Assembly: GCA_973895155.1 (NCBI GenBank) | Contig: OZ316891.1 | Location: 22,209,168-22,273,167 of the forward strand | Length of the DNA stretch: 64,000 bases | Source: Marsupella aquatica | Lineage: Eukaryota; Plantae; Marchantiophyta | Direction of reading: 5' to 3' | In this document: positions 37,519 to 49,988 of the stretch, piece after piece | How positions within the stretch are numbered: the first letter of the stretch is position 1 | Layout of the letters: the number at the start of each line of letters is the position of its first letter | Position numbers and translations under genes: made by a program | Notes under the pieces: model-generated | What the model was told of the DNA's origin: nothing | The model's database searches: none | Seen by the model: the letters and a program-made list of their open reading frames with translations, nothing else

Positions 37519-40500
37519 TTGCAATAAACTTTGTGACAATTATTCTGTGTACACCTTCAAACTGAACGATTTGATGAAGGTTTTTCATCCAAAGCGTAAT
37601 ACGCGTGCAAAATAAATTTGGGGAACACATTCAAGCTAATGTTGGCATGACCTGAGTACCACTTCAGATATAAACCCATCGAAGTATGGGTCCTGATGTA
37701 GAAAAATGACTATCTATAGAGTGAAGTCCTCGTTAAAGGGCATTGTGTTATAATGCCCCAATAAACTAGAGCTTTAGGTCCAGCTTTGAGGGGCTAGTAT
37801 TGCCCATAATCCTAAGAGGACCTTAATACACTTAAAGGCTGAAAAGATTTTTAGTTTAGTAATTTCAGGAAAAGTAGAGGAGACTTATAATGAGCCCATC
37901 CAAATTTTGACTGTGCATTCTTTTCCATAAATGTCCAAATCTTGATTTTGTATTCTTCTCCATAAATGCCCCTGAACAACTACAAAGAGAAAAAAAAAAA
38001 CACTGAGGCATTAAGTATGCACCAAAAGCACTGAAGTGCTCGTAACCCTCTCCTCTCTCTTTCCCTTAATAGTTTTCAGAGGAGGCTGGGTCCCCAGCCA
38101 TACCCCCCTCGCCAGGCTGACCAGAGGTTTCCAAATCTCATACAGACTTTCGTAGGTTTTGGCTTTGCGTTTTTTAAGCAATTCTAAAATACACGCCTTG
38201 CTTGACGAGGAAATTATGCAATTAACTTTTATTATTTTTTTACATACTATTACATGACCTTAACCTGAATGGTTTTTGTTCTTTTGTAACTCATTCAAGT
38301 TATAGCTAGGTTATCGGTTTTTGTTCATTTGTAACTCATTCAAGTTATAGCTAGGTTATCGTTCTTGTCGTTACAGGCATTGTGGGCCATAATGTCCTAT
38401 CAAGCTTAGGCGGGTAACCTGTTGGTAACTTAGGCGAGTCTCAAAATTATGGTAGAAAGAAATGTCGGGGTTGAGGGTGTTAGCCCATGGCCTGAACCTG
38501 TTTGGGGCCATGGCTTTAACGGAGCTGTGCAGGCCTTGGGTTATCTACACAAAACTCACAACAAACTGATATAATGATATGATACATTTATATTAAAGTT
38601 ACTGCATTCAGATGTAAATGGATTCTCCAGAGCCAGTAGACAAAATCTCTTGCGTGAGAATCAAAGTGTTCGGTAACCCGTGGATCAATATTTGTCTCGG
38701 CTAAATCTTGTTCACCTAATTTTGCGATCTGGAGTAAAGTACTCTTCTGGCCCTTACTCAAAGTTTCCTTCATTATTTGAAATTAACTCTTAAACTTCGC
38801 AGATGACATCATATAAATTGGCTGGATCAATTACTCCAAAGTTTACTACTTCAATCATCAAATTACCGAGGGCAAGTGCTGTAAACATTTTGCCTGTGGA
38901 GCCGGCTTATTGGACAATAGTTTGCAATCAGCCAGGGGCTTGAACGGCTAATTGGGACACTGGGCCAGCTTAATTTCATAAGATTTTTTCTTTTCATGAG
39001 GGTGGCTAATGTCACCTGGTGTGAAAGAGAAGATGCTAGCAATATTCCTTACCAAAATACACTAGATTAATTTTTGACCTAGCCAATTTTAGGTAGTGTT
39101 ACAATGCAAATTCCATTATTGACATGGATGCTGTGACACTGTTACTTCGAGGGAAAGAGCATTCACACTAATATGCGAAGATCGAGCACAGAATTCAACC
39201 ATTCGTGTATGCTCGAAAGCTACGACTTCTGCTCGACTGAAAGGGTACAGAACGAGATGTTGTAGACCCCAACGAATGAGCTTTTCAGGTAGGAATCCAA
39301 ACCACTAGAGAAACTTGATCACCTCGTTAATTCCCAAGAAAATAGTTGAATGTCCAGTTTCATTGTACATTTAAAAGTGCTGGGAATCAGGGAATGTTTA
39401 ACCTTTCTGTGAAAGTCTAGATCACGTCATTGGCGAGTTCATTGGTGAGCTACTTTTTGTCCTAAGCTTAATTTAATCATTTAAGCTTGAATTGCTCCCA
39501 TGCATTCAGGAGGGAACCCCAGACATGCACTCAAGCTGCAGATCGAATTATGGTGATAACTTTCTTTAGTACAACCTGTCCATGAAACAGCACACACATA
39601 CACAACGTGTGCTCAAGATAATGTCGTTATTGGGGGCCCCAGAATTGGTATCTACGTAAATGGACTTGGAAGGCGAAGCAGCACTCAGATGTTCACTTTC
39701 AATCTGAATAAAGATGCTCTCTAACAGTTACCTTAGGACAAGTGGGCCAGGATCACTTTAGGCATTCGAACTTTTATGAGCCACCTTCTGCGGAAATGTT
39801 CAAAGAACCGTGAAGTGACTTGAATAGTACTATTGCAGCAGGAAAAATTAGACCTCTGATTCCACCATCAATTTCCCTGAATTGAAGGGAAAGAAATCAG
39901 TCCTGAAGCCACCCTGAAAGCAATCCTGCAGATTGACAGAATATTCAAACAAAAATTGCTCGGCCATTGCATCCTGCCTCCAATAAGAGGCTGGCGAGTA
40001 TGTACAAATGGGTTCCAGGCCAAGTTTGGAGGAGTTATATAAGCTCAGACTGCATTGAACTCCTCTGGAATAGAATCGATGAATTCAACTGAGCTAATTA
40101 ATTCAAAGGGAAAACTGACACGTTGTAAAAGCGAATCAGCTTGTTTTCCCCCCTGAAGCAAATTAAGGAAACGATTTTGGTTTCTTTTGCCTGGCTGCTG
40201 CTGAAAATCCCCAACGTATCTGCACGATGAGTAAGGAAGCTTTCAGTAGACAAAGGTTTCACAGCAGGTGGAAAACAAGCCTATCAAAGTTCAGTACGAG
40301 GATGATGTTAGAAAGCCAGGGTCTTGGAATCATGGCAACATATATTACAGCCAAACGGGAGACAGGGTCCCAAAGGCAAAAGGCAAAGCCCCAATAAAGA
40401 GAAAGGGGGGGGCAAAAGCCCGTAGAAGGCCGACGAGGTCTTCAAGGCAACGTTTCCATTGGAGAAAGAAAATGTGGAAGAGTACTTTAAGGATGGTTTT

Positions 40501-40700
40501 TTATGCTAACTTCCCTAGTGGGCCATCGATCCGGTCCCACTTAATAGTGGGATAAAGTTTTCGGTGGGAGCAATCAAACGGTTATATCTCATCTATCTTC
40601 GCACTTTATCCACTTAGAACCAGGTGGAATCGGATAGAATCACCGAAACTACAGGTGGAATCTAGCCTGTACTTTGAATGGAAATTCCTTCAACAGACTT
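37519..40700 (+). repeat. Copy 2 of the old direct duplication, expanded by later insertions
   Basis: Same four blocks as 32007-33730 in the same order and orientation, separated by longer unrelated sequence. Confidence 0.78.
38271..38362. repeat. 45-bp tandem duplication
   Basis: GGTTTTTGTTC(T/A)TTTGTAACTCATTCAAGTTATAGCTAGGTTATC x2. Confidence 0.9.
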
Positions 40701-41110
40701 ATACATCAACAAGAAGAAAAAGCTCCCAACCGGGAGACAGTATCCTAAAGGCAGAAGACCCAATAGAGGGAACCCAGGGAGGACGAAAGAGCACTACTGG
40801 GAACCCAGGGAAGACGAAAGAGCACTACTGAGTAACAAACTGAAAAGCCTGGAAAAGTCCCCAGGACCCCCATAGAATGGTCTAGAAGAGGAATTTTTCT
40901 AGAAGACCTAAAAGCAGCATCCTGGGCCCTATGAAGAACAGTGAATCTCGCAGTCAATGCCTGCCCTCCGTTCTGCAACAAACTGTACCGGCTGTCGAAA
41001 GAAGCTTGACCCAAACTCCTATGCCGTGAAGTATTTCCAATATAATATCATTCAGATGACCACTTCAAGATCAGAACTGGCCTACTATTACTCCACCTTA
41101 CTGGCCAGTT
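40335..41110 (-). mobile_element. Two related fragments resembling LINE 3' ends
   Basis: CCAAACGGGAGACAGGGTCCCAAAGGCAAAAG (~40349) and CCAACCGGGAGACAGTATCCTAAAGGCAGAAG (~40726); T/G-rich on the - strand like plant L1 3' UTRs; internal 30-bp tandem duplication at ~40768-40830. The first sits between two homology blocks of duplication copy 2. Confidence 0.4.
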
Positions 41111-43939
41111 TAGGATGGTACCAGTGCTCAGCATTTGGATTCCTTTCAATGACTCAAGTGTCTAGGTAGGTTAGAAAGTGCTGCAGCGTTTCGAGCTTTC
41201 CAAAAATTGATTCGAAAGACCTCGCGAAAGACTCACACCGTTAAAATTGTATGTCAAAGACCATTCCGGGAACGAGATTATCTGCTCTTAAGTTTTGGAT
41301 GAAATGACTGAAAGTGCTCAAGTCTGAATCATATGTGGGTTGTGTGTGAGATTTTTTTAAGTGTCCACAAGTCAAACCGTTACAGAATTGCTATCAAATA
41401 GTTTTTACATCCCCTAAACCCTAAACATTAAACTTTCAGTCATTTCATCCCCTAATCATATGACTAAGCAAACTAGACTATTAGAATTGGAAGCTATCAA
41501 ATAGCATTTACATCCCTTCATGAAATCAATTTTGGTTCATTCGTTAGGACTGGGCAGCACCCATTCAGATAGCCTTGAATTCTTGGGATTTGGCCACGGT
41601 TCTGTAAAGGACGAAAAAAATTGCAAAACGAATCATGAACTCGAACTATTGCCTCTCTTGTCAGTAACTTTCTCGATCTACCAGTAGTCCTCACGCTATC
41701 TCGGCATAAATTAAATATATACAATGAATATTGTCTTGCCAAACAAAAGCAAAAAAAATCTTATGGGAGATTGCAATGAGCACAGAGGCGATGCAAGCAA
41801 TGATGTTCCGCCTATAAAATTGACTTCCGGTGCCGCTGCAGAACGATCAGTGTGAGGTCTCTGGAGCGCGACGAAAGACTTTGTGCCAAGAGCTGCAGAC
41901 ATGCATGACTCGATCCGGCCGTTATTCCCAAACTGTGTTTTTGGCTTTTTGAATCCAACGATGGTTATGGGGCTCTTCTTTCTGGAGGAAGATTTCTGTA
42001 CGTGTATGTTTTGGCGTTGATTACCGAGGAGACCAAGGGTTGAAAAAACTGAACGCGATGGATAGGAAATTTCGATCCCTTCGACTTCCAGTGGCCACTG
42101 ACAGTGCCAAAATGTGGGCGTTGAAATTTTTGCTCGGGAGCATGATTGAATGCAAAGGTATGGGTTCCGATCCTCTGTCACGTTAGCAATTGGGGAAACG
42201 GGAGGGCCCGACCACTAGAGCAGACAAAAGGCGACATCGGCGGCTCGATCAGTTTGCAGAAAGTATTATAGTGCGTTCTTTGACTTCTCTGGCTAGTGAT
42301 GAGGGCTCTTTCGTACAATCTGTAACGCTACAGTGCCCTGGAAAGCATTTTGGTATCGATATGATCAATGTGGTACTGCCTCAATGACACCGTGTTGAAT
42401 ATTATTCAATTGAAACTTGATTGCTAAGCATATTGCTTTCTAGTACGATCGTTCCCTCTGAGCGCAGTTTCCGAGCACAATACAATGTGCTCAAAGAGGA
42501 TTCAGTGGAGTTACACCAGATGAGTGATGGTGAAGCAGCAGCTACATTGAGCTGATGATTGTATCCCATTTCCAGCCCAAAAGAAGCGTACAGTCGCCAT
42601 GTGCTGGGCTCCACTCCGTCAGTCGAAGGGAAGAATTGGCAACAAATAACTGTACCTGTCGACACTACCATTTGTGCCTGTCGACACTACCAGCAACAGT
42701 CACTTCGGCAAACACGTTTGTTTGAAATTCGCAATGTTTGACTCGTTCACATTAGAGGCTCCATCAACAAGGTTTAAGGGTAAGTAAAATGGTGCCTTCA
42801 TTGATTAATTCTTGCTAAAGCTACTCATACGGCAGCCGCGCCACACATTATATGTCTCAACCTTAAAACATGCGTCATTCAAGCTCGAACGCGGACTAAT
42901 GAAGCTCCGCACCTGAACCGCAGTTTTCGTGCTGCGGAGACCAAAGGAAATTCCACAAAATCCGCTGTAAATTAATCCGCTGCCAGAAGTTGTTTACATG
43001 ATCATTGGTGTTCAGACCAGTCCCGCTGTAAGGTAAAAAACTGCAATTCCTGTAACTACAGTAGCCTACCTTCGAGGTTGAATGAGAACTGACTCTCTGA
43101 TGGGCGAGACTGACGTACACTATTGATGTTGAAATTTGACGACCTCGCCAAGTTCTAGCGCAGAAGCAGATTACATTCTAGAAGCACTCAGGCATCAGAT
43201 CCGCTCGGGGATCCGCTAAGATCTCCTCAACATGCAGATATTCATGAAACGACTTTCAATCCCCTGAGTGTACATTCAGGGAAACTACTCGCTGGCTGAA
43301 GACACAAAGCCACAAGATTGCCCAAATAAGAAAGAGCCTATTAATGTATTTCACGACACATTAAAACCTCCACCAACTTTTCGTTGACACGTGACTGTAC
43401 AAAAAAAAATCAGTGGCCTGGCTTTTGTGTCCCTCATTACAGCAACGATAAGAAGATAGGCACCATCCTCGCTACTACGGAGGGCGTCCATGTGTAAACA
43501 TCCCCCGATACCTGAATTATCTCTCGAGCTGTGATGATACCAGCTGACACCAAGATCGACGGCAGTGGGCGGTGCGATTCGATGAGAAACGGATCGATGA
43601 CATTCAGATTTCATGCTGGTGATGAGTTCTTCCTGTGGATAAGCCTACATCTTCAGCCGGCCCGGTTCGCTGCTTTTCATCAAATTGGCGTATAGCAAGC
43701 AGGACACGCTAAGACCTGTGGCTCTGGCGGTGGCCCCCCGTCTACCGGGGTCCACAAGCGCCTTCTCGCAATTGGCAGTCCGCTCCGCTCCTCAGCTTTA
43801 GCCTTCTGTGAATGATCACATTCATAAACAAACAAAATTTTGAAACTAGCTGATTTTATTTTGTTCGAAGACTCTAAAAGTTATCGCCAGCAAATCGGAA
43901 TTGTTTGTGTTTCATCGACATCAACCGATTAATTTCATT

Positions 43940-44800
43940 TTCCCTCTTTTTGCCATCTATCGAACGGGCTACCGAAAATGGTTTTTCTCATCACCTTTCT
44001 CCAAAATCTCTCGAAATGGTTGGTTCTCAACAACATCCACCGAGATATATGGCCTGACTTAAGTTCCATCAACACAAAATGTTGAGGGTTTTCTTAGCGC
44101 TGCGACCTTCGGTCCCTTGGGGTTCCCATTTTCTGTATGTTGGCTATTTGGCTATTTGAATGGAATTCATTTGGAGGGTACCTAATATTGAGGTTTCGTT
44201 ACCATCCACCAAGATGGTTTCTTTTTTGCCTCGAAACAACCAAATGAATCTTGGTTTACTGGAAGAGTTGGGCCTTTATGAACCAAGATGGTTTTCTGTG
44301 TTCATTCCACACAATCTACAGCACCGAAAGGTTCGTCAGTCATCACCATCATCGAAATTGGTTCTGTTTAATTTTCCATCACCATCCACCGACGTTTTTT
44401 CTGCGTCTCATTACATTACGCAATCTCTCACCATCTATCGAAATTGTTTCAATCTGATTAATTTCCCCTCATTCACCGTCCCCTGAAATTGTGTCGGTGT
44501 TTCGTTACACACAATCTACAGTACCGAAAATAGTGTGTCGGTCATCACCATCCTTCGATTTAGTTTCTGTTTAATATCTTGCATCGTTCACCATCCACCG
44601 AAATTGTTTCCGCCAAACGGAACCCACAGTACAAAATAGTTTGTCGATCAGTCATCACCATCCATCAAAATTGTTTCTGATCCAATTCTATAATTCACCA
44701 TCCACCGAAATTGTATATGCTTCATCACGATCTACACAATCTACAGTACCACTGTGATGAGACGGTCTATCGGCCTTCACCATCCATCCAAATCTTTCAG
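43940..44800. repeat. Degenerate minisatellite-like array (CACCATCC/ACCGAAATTG units with ~175-bp higher-order blocks)
   Basis: Recurring CATCACCATC, CCATCCACCGAAATTG, and CACAATCTACAG(C/T)ACC at ~44310, ~44510, ~44735. Confidence 0.75.
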
Positions 44801-45398
44801 TGTCTATAATAATTGTACATTTCATCGCCATTCAAATTCAACGAAACCTAGTACTCTAAAGCAGGACCTCGTCTCCAGCCGAACTTTGCGTCACGCCGTC
44901 ATTTTCTACACCAACTTTACTGATTATTAATTCGTAGTGCTTCAAAATTCAACCGATTGCGTCAGCGTGACGAGATCAAGAGCTCCGTGAGGACCGTAAC
45001 GGCGAATCTCAATTCATCCCAAAGGTAATCTAATCCGGTAATAGTCTTCGCGATGTTGCCTCCACAGGAACCACGTAGACGAGTAGGGGGAGGCGATGAG
45101 TCGACCGCATGGACAGCTACGTGGTAGAGGGAAGGCATCTACAGTAAAATGATCACCGTGGTCAGTCGTCACGTACGGTGAGTCATTAGTGCCGTAATGT
45201 ACAAGGTATGGGTGATTCTAGATTAATCTTCTGGAGTTTGGTTACTCCAATTTACTGCAGTGGTGATGTTTGGTTTGTATCAAACCACAGTTGTGTCAGT
45301 GTTGGAGGATCACGTGTATCAGTTGTTTTGGGGCCTTCTGGGTTGGAGCCAAAAGTAGAAGGTTTAGCTATCATTGGCAACTCCTGTCGATAATCACA

Positions 45399-45533
45399 CA
45401 TCAAACTCTGGTAATATACTATGTGAACTTATTTATTTAGAAAAAATAGTGAGGTTTATCATGGTCATCAAACTCTGGTAATATAAGATGTGCACTTATT
45501 TATTTAAAGAAAATATTGAGGTTTATCATGGTA
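45399..45533. repeat. ~68-bp tandem duplication
   Basis: CATCAAACTCTGGTAATATA..ATGTG.ACTTATTTATTTA...GAGGTTTATCATGGT x2. Confidence 0.85.
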
Positions 45534-46127
45534 TGGAGTGATGTTATGTGTCATATTTGTATGTGCAATTACCCATACCCATTGGCAACTCTTGTGTTGA
45601 TCATGTATGTCAATTTATGGCTGAAAATGTAGATTCAGATGAGGTCTTCAACTTGCCAACCAAAATTAGTTTATATTTTGTGAAGTATGCCAGAAAACGC
45701 CTATGTTTTCATTGGCTGAAACAGATGGGCAGTAAATGAGGTGGGCATGGAACTTTCCTGGTAATGAGATCTTACAGTCCCACTTCAACAGTAGTAGCTG
45801 GGTTCCATAGGAGTAGCCACTATTGAAACCACTATTAAAATCCAGCTCTGGCTATGGGAGTCCCACCTCACTGCCAGAAAAGTTCCATTTGCAGGGCAGC
45901 ATGGCACACAATAAGGGTGTGGCTAGGCACAAGATGAGCAAGTGCTTTCAAAGTATTTGAGCTAAATCACAACACCACACACTCGGTGAGTCTCTGAGAC
46001 GTCCTTGGGGTAGCTAGCTAGGCCCAATTTTATTCATCCAACATGATCATTCTCACAGCTTTGTACTACCCGCTGAAGATTAGTCCTACAAGGCCATGCA
46101 CCCAAATTTATGTACTTACTTAACCAA

Positions 46128-46447
46128 TTGGCTTAGGTCAATTGGCTAGGGGATTTGCCTGGAACTGAGAGGTCCCAAGTTCAATCCCCCCTCCACACAC
46201 TGGGGTGTGGAGGGTATATGTGTGTGGGTGGGATGGGTTTTGTGGGTGGTGGATTGGAGTTCTGATTATTTGCTCAGCCCCTGGTTGCCCACTTTGTGGC
46301 CCTGATGTAATCCTCTCTCCTTCCTGGTGCAGGTCCCTGTCGGATCCGTTGGGGCTCACCCTGGTCTGGGTTCCCTACAGAAAAACTGTCACATTGGGGT
46401 GGGGGGAGTCTAATTGTATTTACTCCCCATTTCCGTTCAAGACAAAA
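46128..46447 (+). mobile_element. tRNA-derived SINE
   Basis: Pol III A-box-like TAGGTCAATTGG (46134-46145) and B-box-like AGTTCAATCC (46178-46187) at tRNA spacing with GAGGTCCC before the B box, then a ~250-bp unrelated body; no closed cloverleaf. 3' end approximate. Confidence 0.6.
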
Positions 46448-47415
46448 TTTATTTACTTATTTTGGCTTAAAACACAATTATTTAACTAGTCTTTGAATAT
46501 CACACATGGAGGGTACCACCAACAGGTTCATACATTCAAACAGAACACGTCCACTACTGGGGTGAGATTTGTTTGGATAATTGATTTGTTTAATGAGAGG
46601 ATCTCAATTATTGGGACGTCATATACACCTAGGAGAATAGCAACGTAGAACACATAGGAAGGCACATTACCCAAAAATACCAAGGTTAGTTGAATTGGCA
46701 CTCCACTTCAAATTGCCATGGGAAGATACTTTGCCCCCAAAAAAACCTGCATAACTATGTTCATAGTGTGTCTAATACTCCTAAACTCATACCTACAGTA
46801 GATGTACTAATCCTGGCTTTGCCGGATATCTGTACATAGGTGGTTCAATCTGATCACTTGGGCCATGGCCTTGTCTTCATCTGCTGGGGTATAGTTTCCT
46901 TGCTTGTTGGCCCAAGAATCCTACAATTCTCCTGGCCCATTGGATTTTGTTTTTGTTAAGCATCTATTCTTAGGTCTAGAATTACTATGTAATTATAAGT
47001 AATCAAACCATATTCACATCTTTGGCTAAGGCTAGATGTGCTACTACTATATTCACTTGCATGATTTAGGTATTGAGTATCTAACCTTTCGGCTCATTAG
47101 TGCCAGGCAAGTTGGGAGATAGGAAAAACTCAGTCTGTGGATTGACGGGCTTAAGAATTTAGTAACTAAAGATTTTCTTGTGTATTCTTGTGAACATAGA
47201 TGAACAACATATTTCATATGTAGACTACTTGTGTTTTAGTTGAGTGTCTTATGAGACTTAGCGGTCCCTTGCTCAACACATATGGCTTCACTTTTGAGAT
47301 TAATCCTTGGATTAATCATGAATGATACATTTCAATCCCAAATTATAAGACAGATCTAGAATAAGGATATTTCAGGTGATCGATTTAAGATTATCTTATG
47401 AGGAATAAGGTACCT

Positions 47416-48080
47416 AGGAAAGTTTAGTAACTCTGACAGGGGTCATTTGTCATTTCCCCCAAAACAAATATCCAGATCGGGAATCATAGTGAGATTCAGA
47501 TTACATTAAGGGCATTAAAAAAATTAAATATATAAGAAGTTCCAGCAATTTTAGTAAAGCTGTACCGGTAACCCTTGTCATCCCTCCTAAAAACAAATAT
47601 CCCCCGAACTGTAATGGAGAAGATACCGTATGAGCGTATCCCTCTCCAGTCTCCACACAGCACAGGCCCAGTGGCGAGCGCTTCACCATAGTTAGTAAGG
47701 CGTGATCGCAAAGCCAGGGCCCTGGGAAACGTAACCACGGTCGGCGTGTGCACAGCGCACGTCCCGAGCCGGACGAGTCAGGCGAGCTCTTGTTCCCTCT
47801 CCCCCCGCGTACAGAAGGCACGCAGCCCGCTCCGCGTTCTCCGCTGGCTGGCATGCGGGCCGCGCCGGGCCGGGCCGGGCCGGGCCGGGCCGGGCTGGGC
47901 CGGCAAACGGTGACGCTACACATTCCCGGAGGCAGCGAGGCAAGTTCGGCTTCCGGTCGTCGTTGACCGTAACAGAGGATGACACTGTCCTTGCCCTGTC
48001 ATCGGGCTACCGAACGGAGTAGCCGGCCACGTCATTCGTGATCGCGGGCTTGCAGGTGAGGAAAAAAGACACCAGCGTAG
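47416..48080. mobile_element. Probable end of a DNA transposon with a GC-rich subterminal region containing (GGGCC)n
   Basis: Direct subrepeats TTGTCAT...AAAACAAATATCC (~47448, ~47575), then a GC island with a (GGGCC) run at ~47857-47903; similar layout to the ends of the 11569-13014 MULE. No partner TIR found in the window. Confidence 0.4.
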
Positions 48081-48154
48081 TATAATAATAATAATCCTTG
48101 CTCTAGAAAAATGATCTTTCCCATATATCACAAGGCTCGTTTTTTGAAATTTCT

Positions 48155-48420
48155 ATTTTTTTATTTTTATTTTTTAAAGATAATACATTTTTGTTAGAGA
48201 AGCCACTGCGGCGAAGACCGGCGAGTCAGACAACAAACCACACATAGGGCCACACACACCCCATACTGCCACTAAATACCAAAAACGGCCCCAAAAGTAC
48301 ACAAGTTCTCCTCCTAAAGAAGGACCAATGGGGGAGAAAGCAAAAAAACTAAGCTACACAACAGGCACCGCCCGCAGGCAAAGGGGGGCCTCAACACTTA
48401 AATGAACAGGGTTCCAAGAG
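48155..48420 (-). mobile_element. Possible retroelement 3' end with decayed poly(A)
   Basis: T-rich tract at 48155-48192 on + (A-rich tail on -) next to T/G-rich UTR-like sequence; CTCGCCGGT core recurs in opposite orientation at ~49030. Confidence 0.3.
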
Positions 48421-49677
48421 CAAAGACCTAAGCTTTTGAAACTTCTATTGAAAATGATATTCCCACATATCAGTGTTGGTCTTTTGAAACTCCTTTGTAC
48501 CACATTTCACAAAATTTGAGATTAATTGCAATAACTTGATGTTCATAAATTCAATAAATAATAAGTTTGAGTATGTGCTAGAGGAGCAGTAGCTACACTT
48601 CCATCATACTGATAGTGAATTTTGGCCATTTTGATTGAGTTATTCACTTTCTTGCCCTTGACTGCCCAAATCTGCCTGAAGGATTTGGAAAATTCAAAAT
48701 ATACTCTCAGCCAATGAAATTCCAACGTTAGTTTATTGTTATATTTAAATTTATCATTCATTTTCTGATGGGGTTTTTTTCATGTTAAGATCTAAGTACA
48801 TTTTGAATCCTAGATTGGATTGAACAGCCCACCATAGTCGCAGCTGCAAGTACACATCTAACGGTGGTGGTGAGGTGAAGCATCAACATGCAAAAGTATT
48901 GCTGCTCAGTCTTGTGGATTAAGCACTTAGTGTGGTGCTGAGTGCTTTATATGCTGAGTCTGTAGTGGTTTTTTAGCCTCTTCTTTGGCGGTTTTCCTAA
49001 AGAACATAATCCGTAAGGTTTATTCCAGTCTCCGCCGGTGCGGCAAATGTCACCTTGAGGATAAGAAGGCAGATTCTTTATCTGATTTTCCTGAATTATT
49101 TTATGATCATTGCATCTTCCAGGTTGAAGGATGACTGTTATTATAGCTAATGGGATCTGTGGCTAGGTGGGAAACTGGCTCACAGGAGACAGAAAACCTA
49201 GCAAATTTTAGCCAAAAGTGGGCAAAAGTATTTGGAGAGGTGCAATCTGGTGAATTTTTGCCAATGAAAAAAAGCTAACTACCATGGCAGGTGGTCAAGG
49301 TAACTTTTTAAGGTTTTACTAGCATGAATGCCTGTTCTCTGAGCATAAGTAGGTGAGGCTCAGAGGGTAAGAGAAAAGACAATGCCCTGGTGGTCGGGGT
49401 CATTTTTAAGGTTACTAACCTCTGAAAAGAAGTGATGGGTTCATGGTCTAGATAAGAGAAAAAAGGAAAACAAAAACCTTAGGTCAAGATCATTTTTGAA
49501 GGTTTACTAACCTGAGTGCCCGTTCTTTGAGGAAAAATAGAAGTGAGGAGATGTTCACAATTTTCAGAGACTCACCATACCATCTCCATGTTTTCCAATC
49601 TCACCCCTAACTTCCCCAACTCACACCAGTACTTTCATTTTATTCCCGTCCAAGCTTCCCTGAGTGTACCCAGCCCC

Positions 49678-49988
49678 ATGCGGACCCCATGTCCAATCCC
49701 CACTCACAACAGTAATCAAAATATCAAAATTTGTTTGAGTACCCATTGGTTATGTAAGCTTGTTTTATTGAATTGTCTCAAGCCATGATTGCACATTGGA
49801 ATAGATAAATGAGAGGACAAATATTAAATGTATGCGGGCCCCGTGTCCAACCCCCACTCACAATAGTAATCAAAATATCAAAATTTGTTCGAGGACCCCT
49901 TGGTTATGTAAGCTTGTTTTATTGAACTGTCTCAAGCCATGAAGTGTTGCACATTGGAATAGATAAATGAGAGGACAAATATTAAATG
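49678..49988. repeat. ~154-bp tandem duplication
   Basis: 49678-49830 and 49832-49988 align end to end with a few substitutions and a small indel. Confidence 0.92.

Noticed and set aside
41810-42030. TATAAAA at ~41813 followed by a short ORF and a GTACGT donor-like site
   Set aside because: No coherent downstream exons or recognisable protein could be assembled.
46128-46200. Functional tRNA gene
   Set aside because: A/B boxes present but no acceptor stem or proper anticodon arm; better explained as a SINE head.
47496-47985. Overlapping ORFs with PARPG/GRAGP repeats
   Set aside because: By-products of a stop-poor GC island and the GGGCC repeat; no domain or splice support.
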